From: Candidatus Woesearchaeota archaeon | GTDB taxonomy: Archaea > Nanobdellota > Nanobdellia > Woesearchaeales > UBA11576 | Length of the DNA: 24,000 bases | Direction of reading: 5' to 3' | Assembly (NCBI GenBank): GCA_018675335.1 | Contig: JABGYH010000008.1 | Span: forward strand, 38,605-62,604 | Shown: positions 1 through 8,394 of the stretch, one piece after another | How positions within the stretch are numbered: position 1 is the stretch's first letter | Layout of the letters: each line of letters starts with the position of its first letter | Position numbers and translations under genes: made by a program | Notes under the pieces: generated by a model | Told to the model about the DNA's origin: nothing | Database searches by the model: none | What the model saw: the letters and a program-made list of their open reading frames with translations, nothing else

Positions 1-652
1 TAACTGAAATATTTTCATACAAATCGTGATTACCACTAACAAAAAAAGTTTTGGCATTCAATAATTTCAACTCAGGAACTCCTTTTTTTTGAGCAACTTT
101 AACTGAATCAAATAAATCTCCAGTAATTAAAACTAAATCAGGATTTTGAGCATTAGTTTTTTTAACAATTTTTTCTAAAAAATTAGAATTATGAATAACT
201 CCAAAATGAATATCAGATAATTGAACAATCTTAAGAGGTTTGTTAATATTTTCCAGTTCAATAGTTAGTTCATTAGTAACTATAAATTGCCCATTAATTA
301 TTGCCACAAGTGATACTGCCGCTACAATTGACAAAACAATAATTCCCCAAGTAATCGGAGACAGTTTAACAAACAACCTAATGATCTCATAAATGAGTAA
401 AGTAGATAATAAAAAAAACATAATCCCCATCCAAATAGAAGAAAACCAATTTAGAATTATCGTTAAATAATTATGAGACATTCTTGAACCAATAAATCCC
501 GCAGGAAGTAAAATTCCCAAAGAAATAATAATCCATTTTAATTGTGCAAATTTAAAAAAATGATTCAATCTAAAATAGATATAAAAATGAATTCCTCCAA
601 CAATTAGAAAAAAAATTAGAAATGCAAATATGAATCTTAAAATCATGCTCAT
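1..652 (-). CDS. Membrane-anchored metallophosphoesterase (3' end beyond window)
   Basis: Open minus frame from ATG at 652 to the left edge, absent from the ORF track because it is truncated. Translation MSMILRFIFAFLIFFLIVGGIHF...IVQLSDIHFGVIHNSNFLKKIV...NPDLVLITGDLFDS...FFVSGNHDLYEN contains D-x-H, GD and GNHD metallophosphoesterase motifs after several TM helices. Confidence 0.88.
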   Translation of the reverse strand, partial: MSMILRFIFAFLIFFLIVGGIHFYIYFRLNHFFKFAQLKWIIISLGILLPAGFIGSRMSHNYLTIILNWFSSIWMGIMFFLLSTLLIYEIIRLFVKLSPITWGIIVLSIVAAVSLVAIINGQFIVTNELTIELENINKPLKIVQLSDIHFGVIHNSNFLEKIVKKTNAQNPDLVLITGDLFDSVKVAQKKGVPELKLLNAKTFFVSGNHDLYENISV

Positions 653-804
653 ACAACCAAATTATTCATTTTATTATTTAAAAGTTTGGACTTTGCGAAA
701 AAATTTCAAGATTATTGCATTTTTTTCGGTTATTTCTACTGAAAATTAATTAGACTGCAAAGCTTGTTTAAAACCAAAAGATTTAAATAATTTGGTTAAG
801 TATA

Positions 805-821
805 CTGAACTGGGTGTTCAG
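805..821. promoter_or_regulatory. Operator-like palindrome CTGAAC-tgggt-GTTCAG
   Basis: Perfect 6+6 inverted repeat, 15 nt upstream of the ATG at 836 and about 15-20 nt downstream of an AT-rich TATA-like box (atttaaataa, 781-790). Confidence 0.4.
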
Positions 822-835
822 AATTTTGAACTAAA

Positions 836-1096
836 ATGAATGCTGCATTTAAATCAACATTAATATTTTTGTTAAACAAACATTATATTGGGGGAAAACA
901 TTTTCCAGAGAATAAATTAATAATTTCTCGCACCAAATGGTTAACAAAACAAGAACAAAAAGAATTTAATAAAGAATATAAGCAGATTAGATATTGCCTC
1001 ATTATTTTAAAGAAAAAAACAGGAAAAGGAATTGATTGGCATATTAGTTTAAATCCCTCAAAATTACAAGAAATAAAAAAATTATTGGAGATATAA
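836..1096 (+). CDS. Conserved-looking small basic protein of unknown function (86 aa)
   Basis: ORF with upstream TATA-like box; stop overlaps the next gene start (ATGA). Confidence 0.6.
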   Translation: MNAAFKSTLIFLLNKHYIGGKHFPENKLIISRTKWLTKQEQKEFNKEYKQIRYCLIILKKKTGKGIDWHISLNPSKLQEIKKLLEI

Positions 1097-1422
1097 TGAA
1101 CCAAAATGAATATGGTGCTTTTTGTGAGCTATATGGAAAAACACTCAGAAATAAAGTTTTAGAACAAATATTAGAACGAGGTAGGTTAGATTTTGCAGTA
1201 AGTGATTTATTAGAAGAAATAAATATTTCAAAACCTAAATTATATGAAATAATTAGAGAATTAGAAGAGACCAACATACTAGTTAAATCAAGAATTGTTG
1301 GCCCAACACAATTATTTTTGTTAAATACAAACTCTCAAAAAGTAAGACTTTTAAATAAAAATTTCAAAGAGTGCTTAAAATTAATTATTGAGACAGTTAC
1401 CACAATAAAAGTATCAACTTAG
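1096..1422 (+). CDS. Winged-helix transcriptional regulator (108 aa)
   Basis: LRNKVLEQILERGRLDFAVSDLLEEINISKPKLYEIIRELEETNILVKSRIVGPTQLFLLN is a typical wHTH pattern; start overlaps the upstream ORF. Confidence 0.7.
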   Translation: MNQNEYGAFCELYGKTLRNKVLEQILERGRLDFAVSDLLEEINISKPKLYEIIRELEETNILVKSRIVGPTQLFLLNTNSQKVRLLNKNFKECLKLIIETVTTIKVST

Positions 1423-1788
1423 TTTAAAACAATCCTTACAAATGAATTCCGATGAGTCCCACTTAATACCAACTTCTTTGTTAAATTTGTTTTTACATTT
1501 AACACACATAAAGTATTTAGAAATAGGTTTGAATTCTAAATCATTAATAGATATTGTTTTTTCAAGTTCAATTGTCGCGTTATCTAAATCATCTTTTGAT
1601 TTTAAATTAAGAAATTCACAAACTTCATCTTTATGTGCAAAATGCCAAACAACCTTTTCTCCTCTTCTTGGAATTACTTCTTTTTTACAAAAAGGACAAT
1701 AAAATTCTTTAGACTCAGGCGGAATTGAATCAACATGAATAGAATTATTATTTTGATCCAATGCTTTGACTACCTGACGAGATTTCAT
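1414..1788 (-). CDS. CoiA-like (N-terminal domain) zinc-ribbon protein
   Basis: FYCPFCKKEVIPRRGEKVVWHFAHK resembles the CoiA-like N-terminal Zn finger; second CxxC...CxxC pair at the C terminus. Confidence 0.6.
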   Translation of the reverse strand: MKSRQVVKALDQNNNSIHVDSIPPESKEFYCPFCKKEVIPRRGEKVVWHFAHKDEVCEFLNLKSKDDLDNATIELEKTISINDLEFKPISKYFMCVKCKNKFNKEVGIKWDSSEFICKDCFKLS

Positions 1789-1815
1789 TTATTTTAAAAA
1801 AAAATAAGAAAAAAA

Positions 1816-2340
1816 TTAAAAATCTTCAGGCTCATAATATTCCTTAGGATGTTTACATGCAGGACAAACATTAGGAGGTTCTGTACCATTGTGAACAAAC
1901 CCACATTTTGAACATTTCCAATTAATAGGTTCCGATCTTTTAAAAACAGAATCATTTTCGAGCAAAGTTAGAAGTCTTTTGTATCTGTTACTATGTTCTT
2001 TTTCAACTTTAGCAATAGATCTAAATAATGCTGCAGCGTCCATATTTCCTTCTTCTTCTGCTTCTTTTGCAAAAGTAGGATACATCTCATCAGTCTCGTA
2101 ATCTTCACCTTCGATTGCTGCTTTTAAATTTTCTTTTGTTGAATTAATTCCGTTTAGAAGTTTGAATTCATCTTTTGCATGTTGAACCTCATTCATTGCA
2201 GTTTCTTCAAAAATTTTTGCAATATAATGATAACCTTCTTTTCTTGCAATCTTAGCAAAATAAGTATATTTGTTTCTAGCTTGACTTTCACCAGCAAATG
2301 CTGCTTTTAAATTTTCTTCAGTTTTAGACATAATAATCAC
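1816..2340 (-). CDS. rbr: Rubrerythrin
   Basis: NLKAAFAGESQARNKYTYFAKIARKEGYHYIAKIFEETAMNEVQHA ferritin-like di-iron motifs plus rubredoxin-like WKCSKCGFVHNGTEPPNVCPACKHPKEYYE. Confidence 0.95.
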   Translation of the reverse strand: MIIMSKTEENLKAAFAGESQARNKYTYFAKIARKEGYHYIAKIFEETAMNEVQHAKDEFKLLNGINSTKENLKAAIEGEDYETDEMYPTFAKEAEEEGNMDAAALFRSIAKVEKEHSNRYKRLLTLLENDSVFKRSEPINWKCSKCGFVHNGTEPPNVCPACKHPKEYYEPEDF

Positions 2341-2440
2341 CTTTTTTACTGACCATAAATTTTAGACTTCCAGGAAATTTAGTCAGTTTAAATATTAGAA
2401 TTATAAAATAAATGAATCGATATAAATGTTTTGGTCAAAA

Positions 2441-3124
2441 TTATCTTTTATTTAAGAAGTTATCAATCATATGAGGAAAAAGTTTTGCTTCTGCTTTTCT
2501 TAAGTTTTCTTGAAACGTTCGTCGCTTAATGTTTTTATTTTTGGCAATGTCTTGAAGCTTAACTGTTCTAGGCCATTTGTAGTAACCACCATCAAACGCA
2601 GATGTTAACGCAGTTAATTGTTTTTGAGTTAATGAATACTCAACAGACGGTTCATCAAAATCTTTCACACTCATAACTTTAACTTCCCCAATAGAACTAA
2701 GTTCAGATAAAAGTTTAATAGAATCTTTTGGTTTTTCGCTTGCAAGCGTATGAATTTCTAAAGCTTTTTCTTGAACGATTGGACCAATAGGAAAACAATC
2801 ATTTTTCAGAACAGAATCATATGAACTCGTAGGACTTTGAAATTGAATAAAAACATAAGATTTATTTCCAAATTGTTTGAATATTTTACATTTATTTATC
2901 GAAGGAATTGTTTTTAAATACTCAAGATAATCAATCATTTCAGTTTGAGTGTCTGCTGCTATTTTAAAAAAAGAATTAACTAAAGTTCCTTTATCAGATT
3001 TATTTTGAATACCAATAGCACCTAATTCAACCATAGAAATATGTGGAAAATTCTCAGTACTAAAGCTTCCCCAACAATCATGATGGTAAACACCCACTTT
3101 AATTTGTTTCATAAAATACCTCAA
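2441..3124 (-). CDS. Bat/HTH_10-type transcriptional regulator
   Basis: C-terminal LTALTSAFDGGYYKWPRTVKLQDIAKNKNIKRRTFQENLRKAEAKLFPHM matches the HTH_10 (bacterio-opsin activator) pattern. Confidence 0.75.
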   Translation of the reverse strand: MRYFMKQIKVGVYHHDCWGSFSTENFPHISMVELGAIGIQNKSDKGTLVNSFFKIAADTQTEMIDYLEYLKTIPSINKCKIFKQFGNKSYVFIQFQSPTSSYDSVLKNDCFPIGPIVQEKALEIHTLASEKPKDSIKLLSELSSIGEVKVMSVKDFDEPSVEYSLTQKQLTALTSAFDGGYYKWPRTVKLQDIAKNKNIKRRTFQENLRKAEAKLFPHMIDNFLNKR

Positions 3125-3211
3125 TTATTTTATCATTTATAAGCTTTTCGGTTTTTACCACTTAGCAGGAGTTAACTTGCCAAATGTCATTAAAGTCACT
3201 TAAAACTAGGT

Positions 3212-4396
3212 TTGTCCCTGAAAGGGATGAAGATTTATCCAAACGTAACAGAATCAGACAAAGAAATACAATCCAGTTTTATTCCTCGGCCCGCAGATTG
3301 GACTTTAACTTTAGATGACTTAGAAGAACGAGTTGATGGAATTCGAGCACTAAAACATATGGACATAGAATTTGCACCTAATGACTTAATAGATACTGGA
3401 TTCTCACAATATCCTTGCGAACATAATTGTCCAAGATGTTTTAATAAAGATGAAGTTTATTCAGACTCTAAAAAATTACTGAAACACGACGAAGTGCTTT
3501 TTGTGTTGAAAGATGCGCAAGAAATTGGTCTTGAGTCTGTGAAATTTTTGGGTCCGGGAGAATTTTTAGAAAATCCTGAAATGTTTTTGATATTGGACAA
3601 ATTAAGTGAAATGGGATTGAATATTTCTATTTTTACCAAAGGTGCGGAACTAGCAGATGATTCATTATCTCAAAAATATCAAGGAATTAATTCTCGCGAG
3701 TTAGTTGAGAGATTAACAAGTTATGATATTGTACGAATAATATTAGGATGTGATACGTTTGATTCAGAATTACAACAAAGATTAATTGGAACAAAAATTA
3801 AAGACTATGCATTGAAACGCAACATTGCTATTGAACGTTTAGTTGACGCAGGACTTACAAAAGACTTACAAAGATTAACATTTGTGTCTACCGGACTTGA
3901 TCCTGAATATGTAGATTGCGCAGTTGAAGTTTATTTATGGGCAGCTAAACGAAATATTCCTACAATTACTGCGCCAAGCATGGACTCGGGAAAAGGAAAA
4001 CGATTAACCAAACAACTAACTTCATACAAAGGATTGAATAACGTTGTTAATTTTTATGTTCAAATCTATAAAGCTGCAATTGATAATGGTTTTATGACCT
4101 TGAATCAAATTCGCCAAGAAGGAGTATCCCCTTACGCCGCATCGGCACCTTGTAATCAAGTATCAGGAGGACTTTATTTACGCTTAAATGGAGATGTACA
4201 ACTTTGTCCTGGTCGACGAGATGCATCAACAATTTATGGTAACACTCATGATACCTCCATTCGAGAAATATGGGTTAATAGTCCTAATTATAAAATGGGA
4301 CCTAAATTTAATAATTGGTGCCCAGCAAAAACAAGAATATTAACTAATTCAGTTAGAGAAAAAATACTCGATGAACTCACAGATCAAACTCTCTGA
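3212..4396 (+). CDS. Radical SAM protein with extra C-terminal cysteines
   Basis: CEHNCPRCF (CxxxCxxC) and SVKFLGPGEFLENPE; C-terminal LNGDVQLCPGRR...NNWCP SPASM-like cysteines. Start TTG 3212 or ATG 3227. Confidence 0.85.
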   Translation: MSLKGMKIYPNVTESDKEIQSSFIPRPADWTLTLDDLEERVDGIRALKHMDIEFAPNDLIDTGFSQYPCEHNCPRCFNKDEVYSDSKKLLKHDEVLFVLKDAQEIGLESVKFLGPGEFLENPEMFLILDKLSEMGLNISIFTKGAELADDSLSQKYQGINSRELVERLTSYDIVRIILGCDTFDSELQQRLIGTKIKDYALKRNIAIERLVDAGLTKDLQRLTFVSTGLDPEYVDCAVEVYLWAAKRNIPTITAPSMDSGKGKRLTKQLTSYKGLNNVVNFYVQIYKAAIDNGFMTLNQIRQEGVSPYAASAPCNQVSGGLYLRLNGDVQLCPGRRDASTIYGNTHDTSIREIWVNSPNYKMGPKFNNWCPAKTRILTNSVREKILDELTDQTL

Positions 4397-4414
4397 ACTC
4401 ACAGATCAAACTCT
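4372..4414. repeat. Tandem direct repeat, period 22, two copies of TGAACTCACAGATCAAACTCT
   Basis: 21-nt identical units at 4372-4392 and 4394-4414. Confidence 0.9.
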
Positions 4415-4683
4415 TCAATGAAACCAATTATTGTTTTGTATTTTTCTAAGTATTTGAAACCCGAGTCGGTTAATGTTATGAATTTTTTACCCTTTTTATC
4501 CTCAGATTCACGAATGAGTTGTTTATTAATAAGTTCGGAATAGTATTCTGCAAATCTTTGAGAAGATAAATTAGAATATCTCAAGAGAGGAGTTGGTTTA
4601 ATATTATTTTTATTATTCCTAACAGTATTTAATATGTCATAAATAACCTCCAACCTATCTCTTTTCTTACTCATCTTATCCAC
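4399..4683 (-). CDS. Archaeal winged-helix regulator (HTH_45-like)
   Basis: RDRLEVIYDILNTVRNNKNNIKPTPLLRYSNLSSQRFAEYYSELINKQLIRESEDKKGKKFITLTDSGFKYLEKYKTI is the characteristic archaeal wHTH layout. Confidence 0.8.
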   Translation of the reverse strand: MDKMSKKRDRLEVIYDILNTVRNNKNNIKPTPLLRYSNLSSQRFAEYYSELINKQLIRESEDKKGKKFITLTDSGFKYLEKYKTIIGFIEEFDL

Positions 4684-5339
4684 TTAAATAATTTATGAAT
4701 TAATACTATGAAAACTACTAATGAAAATATTTGAAACAATAATGTAATATCAAACGGTAAAATTCTTTTTGGACTTAGCACAAATAAATTAATTAACCAA
4801 AATAATGAAATCAAAACGTAAATGGCTTTTGCAGAATAATTTTTCTTTTTAGTATCAGAAATATTTGCAACTATCACAAACAGTAACAAAGGTAATTGAA
4901 CCAATGCAATAATCATAGGCGCATGCGTAAATAATGAAATTACTGCGACCAATACAGAAACAGAATAAGCCACAATCAAAAAAGAATTATACTTAAATTT
5001 TTTCCAATTAGTACTATACACCAAATAAAATATAGCTAAAGTACTAAAAAACGCAGTTAGTGTTAAAACAATAGGTCCAAAAAATCTCGGACGAATAAAT
5101 AAATCTAAAGTTATTATGCTTAATTGAATGCCATGAAAAATAAATCTGGTTAAGTATGCTGCACCGAATAACAAAAAAGAATTACGGAAATACTCAATTC
5201 CCCTGTGTTTAGTTAACACATACATTTCTTTAGTTTTAAAATAAACAAGAAGACATAAAAATACAATTATTAGCGTATAAACTAAATCAATACCAAAATG
5301 CAATGGATTAAATAAATGATGCGGGGGCATTATTATCAC
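4671..5339 (-). CDS. Polytopic membrane protein, about 7 TM helices
   Basis: Successive hydrophobic segments; overlaps the downstream wHTH gene start. Confidence 0.7.
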   Translation of the reverse strand: MIIMPPHHLFNPLHFGIDLVYTLIIVFLCLLVYFKTKEMYVLTKHRGIEYFRNSFLLFGAAYLTRFIFHGIQLSIITLDLFIRPRFFGPIVLTLTAFFSTLAIFYLVYSTNWKKFKYNSFLIVAYSVSVLVAVISLFTHAPMIIALVQLPLLLFVIVANISDTKKKNYSAKAIYVLISLFWLINLFVLSPKRILPFDITLLFQIFSLVVFIVLIHKLFKWIR

Positions 5340-5574
5340 CTTATATTCATAACAAATATTTAAAATTATAGATAACTTTTTTAAAAAATTAAATTATTAA
5401 TTATATTATACAAATTATCTCAAAGAGAACTTTGAATTCAATATTATTGAAGACTTGTTTTCTTACAAGAGATAATTATTCGAAGTTAGCTATATAAATA
5501 AAATGGACTTAAGATGCACATTTTACCTTCTTCTCACTTATAAAACATGCAAGTCTTAGTTAGCTTAACACAAA

Positions 5575-6180
5575 TTGGAGGTGTTAGACAAAATGAAAAA
5601 AATAGCAATATTGGGAATTTTAGCATTACTTGTTGTAAGCGTAGTTGCAGCAAGCGCATACGCATTCCCGTTCGGACAAAAAACTATGCAAAATACAGAA
5701 TTACAAAATGCACTCGATACTGGAGACTACACCACATACTTGGACAGTTTTGAAGAAAGTGATCTACCTTTCATGAAATATAAACTTACAGAAGACCAGT
5801 TCAATGAACGAGTTGTAAAACACGAACAAAGAGATGACCACAGAGAACAAGTAAAAGCTGCAGTTGAATCTGGAGATTATGAAACTTGGAACTCCCTTGT
5901 AATTGAAAAAAACCCAGAAATGGCTGAAAAAATTACATCAGATAACTTTGACAAATTACAAGAATTACATGAACTAAAAGAACAAGCAAGAGAACTTGCA
6001 GAAGAACTTGGACTTGATGAACTTGAAGGCCCACACAGAATGAATAAAGGACTTGAACAAGGACAAAACGGACAAAACCAAATGGGACAGAACCAAATGG
6101 GACAAGGTCAAAAAGGACAAGGCATGCGTCAAGGACTTGGACAAGCAAATCATAAAGGTCAATGCGGAATGCAAAATTAA
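5575..6180 (+). CDS. Secreted helical protein with two similar modules and a Gln/Gly/Met-rich tail
   Basis: Probable start MKKIAILG at 5593; signal peptide MKKIAILGILALLVVSVVAASAYA; repeated ALDTGDYTTY.../AVESGDYETW... modules. Confidence 0.7.
   Translation: MEVLDKMKKIAILGILALLVVSVVAASAYAFPFGQKTMQNTELQNALDTGDYTTYLDSFEESDLPFMKYKLTEDQFNERVVKHEQRDDHREQVKAAVESGDYETWNSLVIEKNPEMAEKITSDNFDKLQELHELKEQARELAEELGLDELEGPHRMNKGLEQGQNGQNQMGQNQMGQGQKGQGMRQGLGQANHKGQCGMQN
6061..6120 (+). repeat. Degenerate short repeat GGACAAAAC/GGACAGAACCAAATG encoding GQNQMGQ
   Basis: Internal repetition visible in DNA and protein (GQNGQNQMGQNQMGQGQKGQG). Confidence 0.6.
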
Positions 6181-6215
6181 ATTTTTTTATTTTTAATTTT
6201 TAAATTACTTTTTCT
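6181..6215 (+). terminator. T-rich archaeal-type terminator
   Basis: atttttttatttttaatttttaaatta immediately after the stop codon. Confidence 0.4.
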
Positions 6216-6297
6216 AAAATATACACTTAAAATCCATTTAGTTTATAAATAATAATATATTAAATTATACAATCATCAAATCATACAATCAAGAAAA

Positions 6298-7023
6298 ATG
6301 GTTAAATCTAAAAAAAGAAATACAAATGAAGTACTCTTAAAATTAGATAGTGTTTCAAAAATTTATCAAATGGGAGAATTCCAAGTACCCGCATTAAAAA
6401 GTGTTTCTTTAGAAATAAAAAAAGGAGAATTCGTAGCAATTATTGGCGCATCAGGCAGTGGAAAATCAACCATGATGAATCTTATAGGTTGTTTGGACAT
6501 ACCCACAAAAGGATTAATTAATTTAAAGAATCAAAACATAACTAAATTAAGTGAATCAAACTTAGCAACACTAAGAGGTAAAACAATAGGATTTATTTTT
6601 CAACAATACAACTTAATTCAATCAATGACTGCGTTTGAAAATGTTATGCTTCCTTTAGAATTTCTTGAATATGAGGATTCAATTGCAGCAAAAAAAACAA
6701 GAGACATTCTCAAATTAGTAGGATTATCAGATAAAGCTCACCATTTACCCTCCCAATTATCAGGCGGCCAACAACAAAGAGTGTCTATTGCAAGAAGTTT
6801 AGTTGGAGATCCCGAAATAATTTTAGCAGATGAGCCAACAGGAGCACTCGATAGCAAAACAGGAAAAGAAATACTAGAATTATTAAAAAAATTATGGAAA
6901 GAAGAACAAAAAACAATAATTTTAGTAACACATGATATGAATTTAGCAAAATATGCTCATAAAATTGTCGAACTTAAAGACGGCGAAATAATTAAAATTC
7001 ACAATCGAGAGGTAAAAAAATGA
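6298..7023 (+). CDS. ABC transporter ATP-binding protein, MacB/LolD family
   Basis: Walker A GASGSGKST, signature LSGGQQQRVSIARSL, Walker B ILADEPTGALD. Confidence 0.95.
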   Translation: MVKSKKRNTNEVLLKLDSVSKIYQMGEFQVPALKSVSLEIKKGEFVAIIGASGSGKSTMMNLIGCLDIPTKGLINLKNQNITKLSESNLATLRGKTIGFIFQQYNLIQSMTAFENVMLPLEFLEYEDSIAAKKTRDILKLVGLSDKAHHLPSQLSGGQQQRVSIARSLVGDPEIILADEPTGALDSKTGKEILELLKKLWKEEQKTIILVTHDMNLAKYAHKIVELKDGEIIKIHNREVKK

Positions 7024-8339
7024 AAACAACAAAACCTTATCTATTAACTATTTTTATCACACTAATTTTATTGATGTTAGTTTCACTAGTTACATCAAGT
7101 TTATCTGATTCACAATCAATCTCGATAAGTTTAGTTAATCAAGATCCAGATCCGGCAATCGCAGGAGACACAGTTGAATTAAGATTTGGAATTGCAAATA
7201 CTGGAGGCATTGTTGCAAGTAATTTAATTACAGAACTTGAGATTGAATATCCTTTTAGTTTAGTTTCAGGACAAACATACTTACAAAATGTTGGAACAGT
7301 AAATCCTTATCAGTTGGAAGAAAATATAAAAATTGTAAAATATAAACTTAAAATTGATCAAACAGTTGCAGCAGGAACATATGAAATTAAAATTAAATAT
7401 TATGAACAAGGCTCAACAATTAAAAAACAAAAAACATTCAATGTTGAAATTAAAAATCAAGAAAATGCAGAAATAATACATATAGATCAAACAACATTAA
7501 TTCCAGGAAAACAAACCACCCTAAAATTTACAATAAATAATGTTGGAAATGCCCCTCTTAAAAATATTAGATTCTACTGGCAAAATTCAGACGAAATAGT
7601 ACTTCCTGTTGGAAGCGATAACACCAAATACATCAAATATTTAGAAATGGGAGAAAGCAAAGACTTAGAATATCAAGTAATAGCAGACACAAATGCAGCC
7701 CCCGGACTTTATAGTTTAGATTTATACTTAACTTATGATGACCCAATAACAAATGAACAAACAAACACATCAACAATTGCAGGAATATATGTTGGAGGAG
7801 AAACTGACTTTGAGGTTTCATTTTCAGAAAAAACCGGAATGGAAACTGCATTTAGTATATCCAATATAGGAAGCAATCCTGCAGCCTCCGTTTCTATTTT
7901 AATTCCAGAACAAAAAAATTGGAAAATAACTGGAGCTAATTCTGCGATAATCGGCAACTTAAACAAAGGAGATTATACTGTTGCAAGTTTTTCATTAGAA
8001 CAAGATTTAAATCAAAAAATCAAACCGTTTCAAAAAAATAATCAAACAGAATCTGGCGAAAATACAATAATAATTCAAGTAGCATACACGGATACAATGG
8101 GAGAACGAAAAATTGTTGAAAAAGAAGTTGCATTAAATGCAGCAATAAATCAAGCTAACGAAGAATTGATGCAACAAAGATCAAACATGAGAAAACAAAA
8201 CCAAGGATTTTTTGCAAAATATAAATGGCACATAATAGGCTCCGCATTAATAATTTTATTAGGAATTATTTATTCAAAATACAAAACAAAAAAATTAGAA
8301 AATCCAAATTTTAACATCATAAACTTATTTAAAAAATAA
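7020..8339 (+). CDS. S-layer/CARDB-like secreted protein with C-terminal TM anchor (COG1361-like)
   Basis: N-terminal hydrophobic segment, repeated Ig-like beta modules (FGIANTGGIVASNL, FTINNVGNAPL, FSISNIGSNPAAS), C-terminal TM HIIGSALIILLGIIY; 4-nt overlap with the ATPase gene. Confidence 0.8.
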   Translation: MKTTKPYLLTIFITLILLMLVSLVTSSLSDSQSISISLVNQDPDPAIAGDTVELRFGIANTGGIVASNLITELEIEYPFSLVSGQTYLQNVGTVNPYQLEENIKIVKYKLKIDQTVAAGTYEIKIKYYEQGSTIKKQKTFNVEIKNQENAEIIHIDQTTLIPGKQTTLKFTINNVGNAPLKNIRFYWQNSDEIVLPVGSDNTKYIKYLEMGESKDLEYQVIADTNAAPGLYSLDLYLTYDDPITNEQTNTSTIAGIYVGGETDFEVSFSEKTGMETAFSISNIGSNPAASVSILIPEQKNWKITGANSAIIGNLNKGDYTVASFSLEQDLNQKIKPFQKNNQTESGENTIIIQVAYTDTMGERKIVEKEVALNAAINQANEELMQQRSNMRKQNQGFFAKYKWHIIGSALIILLGIIYSKYKTKKLENPNFNIINLFKK

Positions 8340-8394
8340 AAAAATAAGTTGGATGAAAATGAGTTGGATAATAAAAAAAAGTTAATGAAAACAA

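Noticed and set aside
3215-3227. Small hairpin TCCCT-GAA-AGGGA at the radical SAM gene start
   Set aside because: Only 5 bp, within the start region; too small to call regulatory without comparative data.
5547-5753. 68-aa plus-strand ORF overlapping the secreted protein gene
   Set aside because: Alternative frame of the same region; the 5575/5593 frame has a clear signal peptide and repeated modules.
6052-6153. Possible CRISPR-like or minisatellite array
   Set aside because: Units are short, degenerate and in frame with the GQNQMGQ protein repeats; no spacers.
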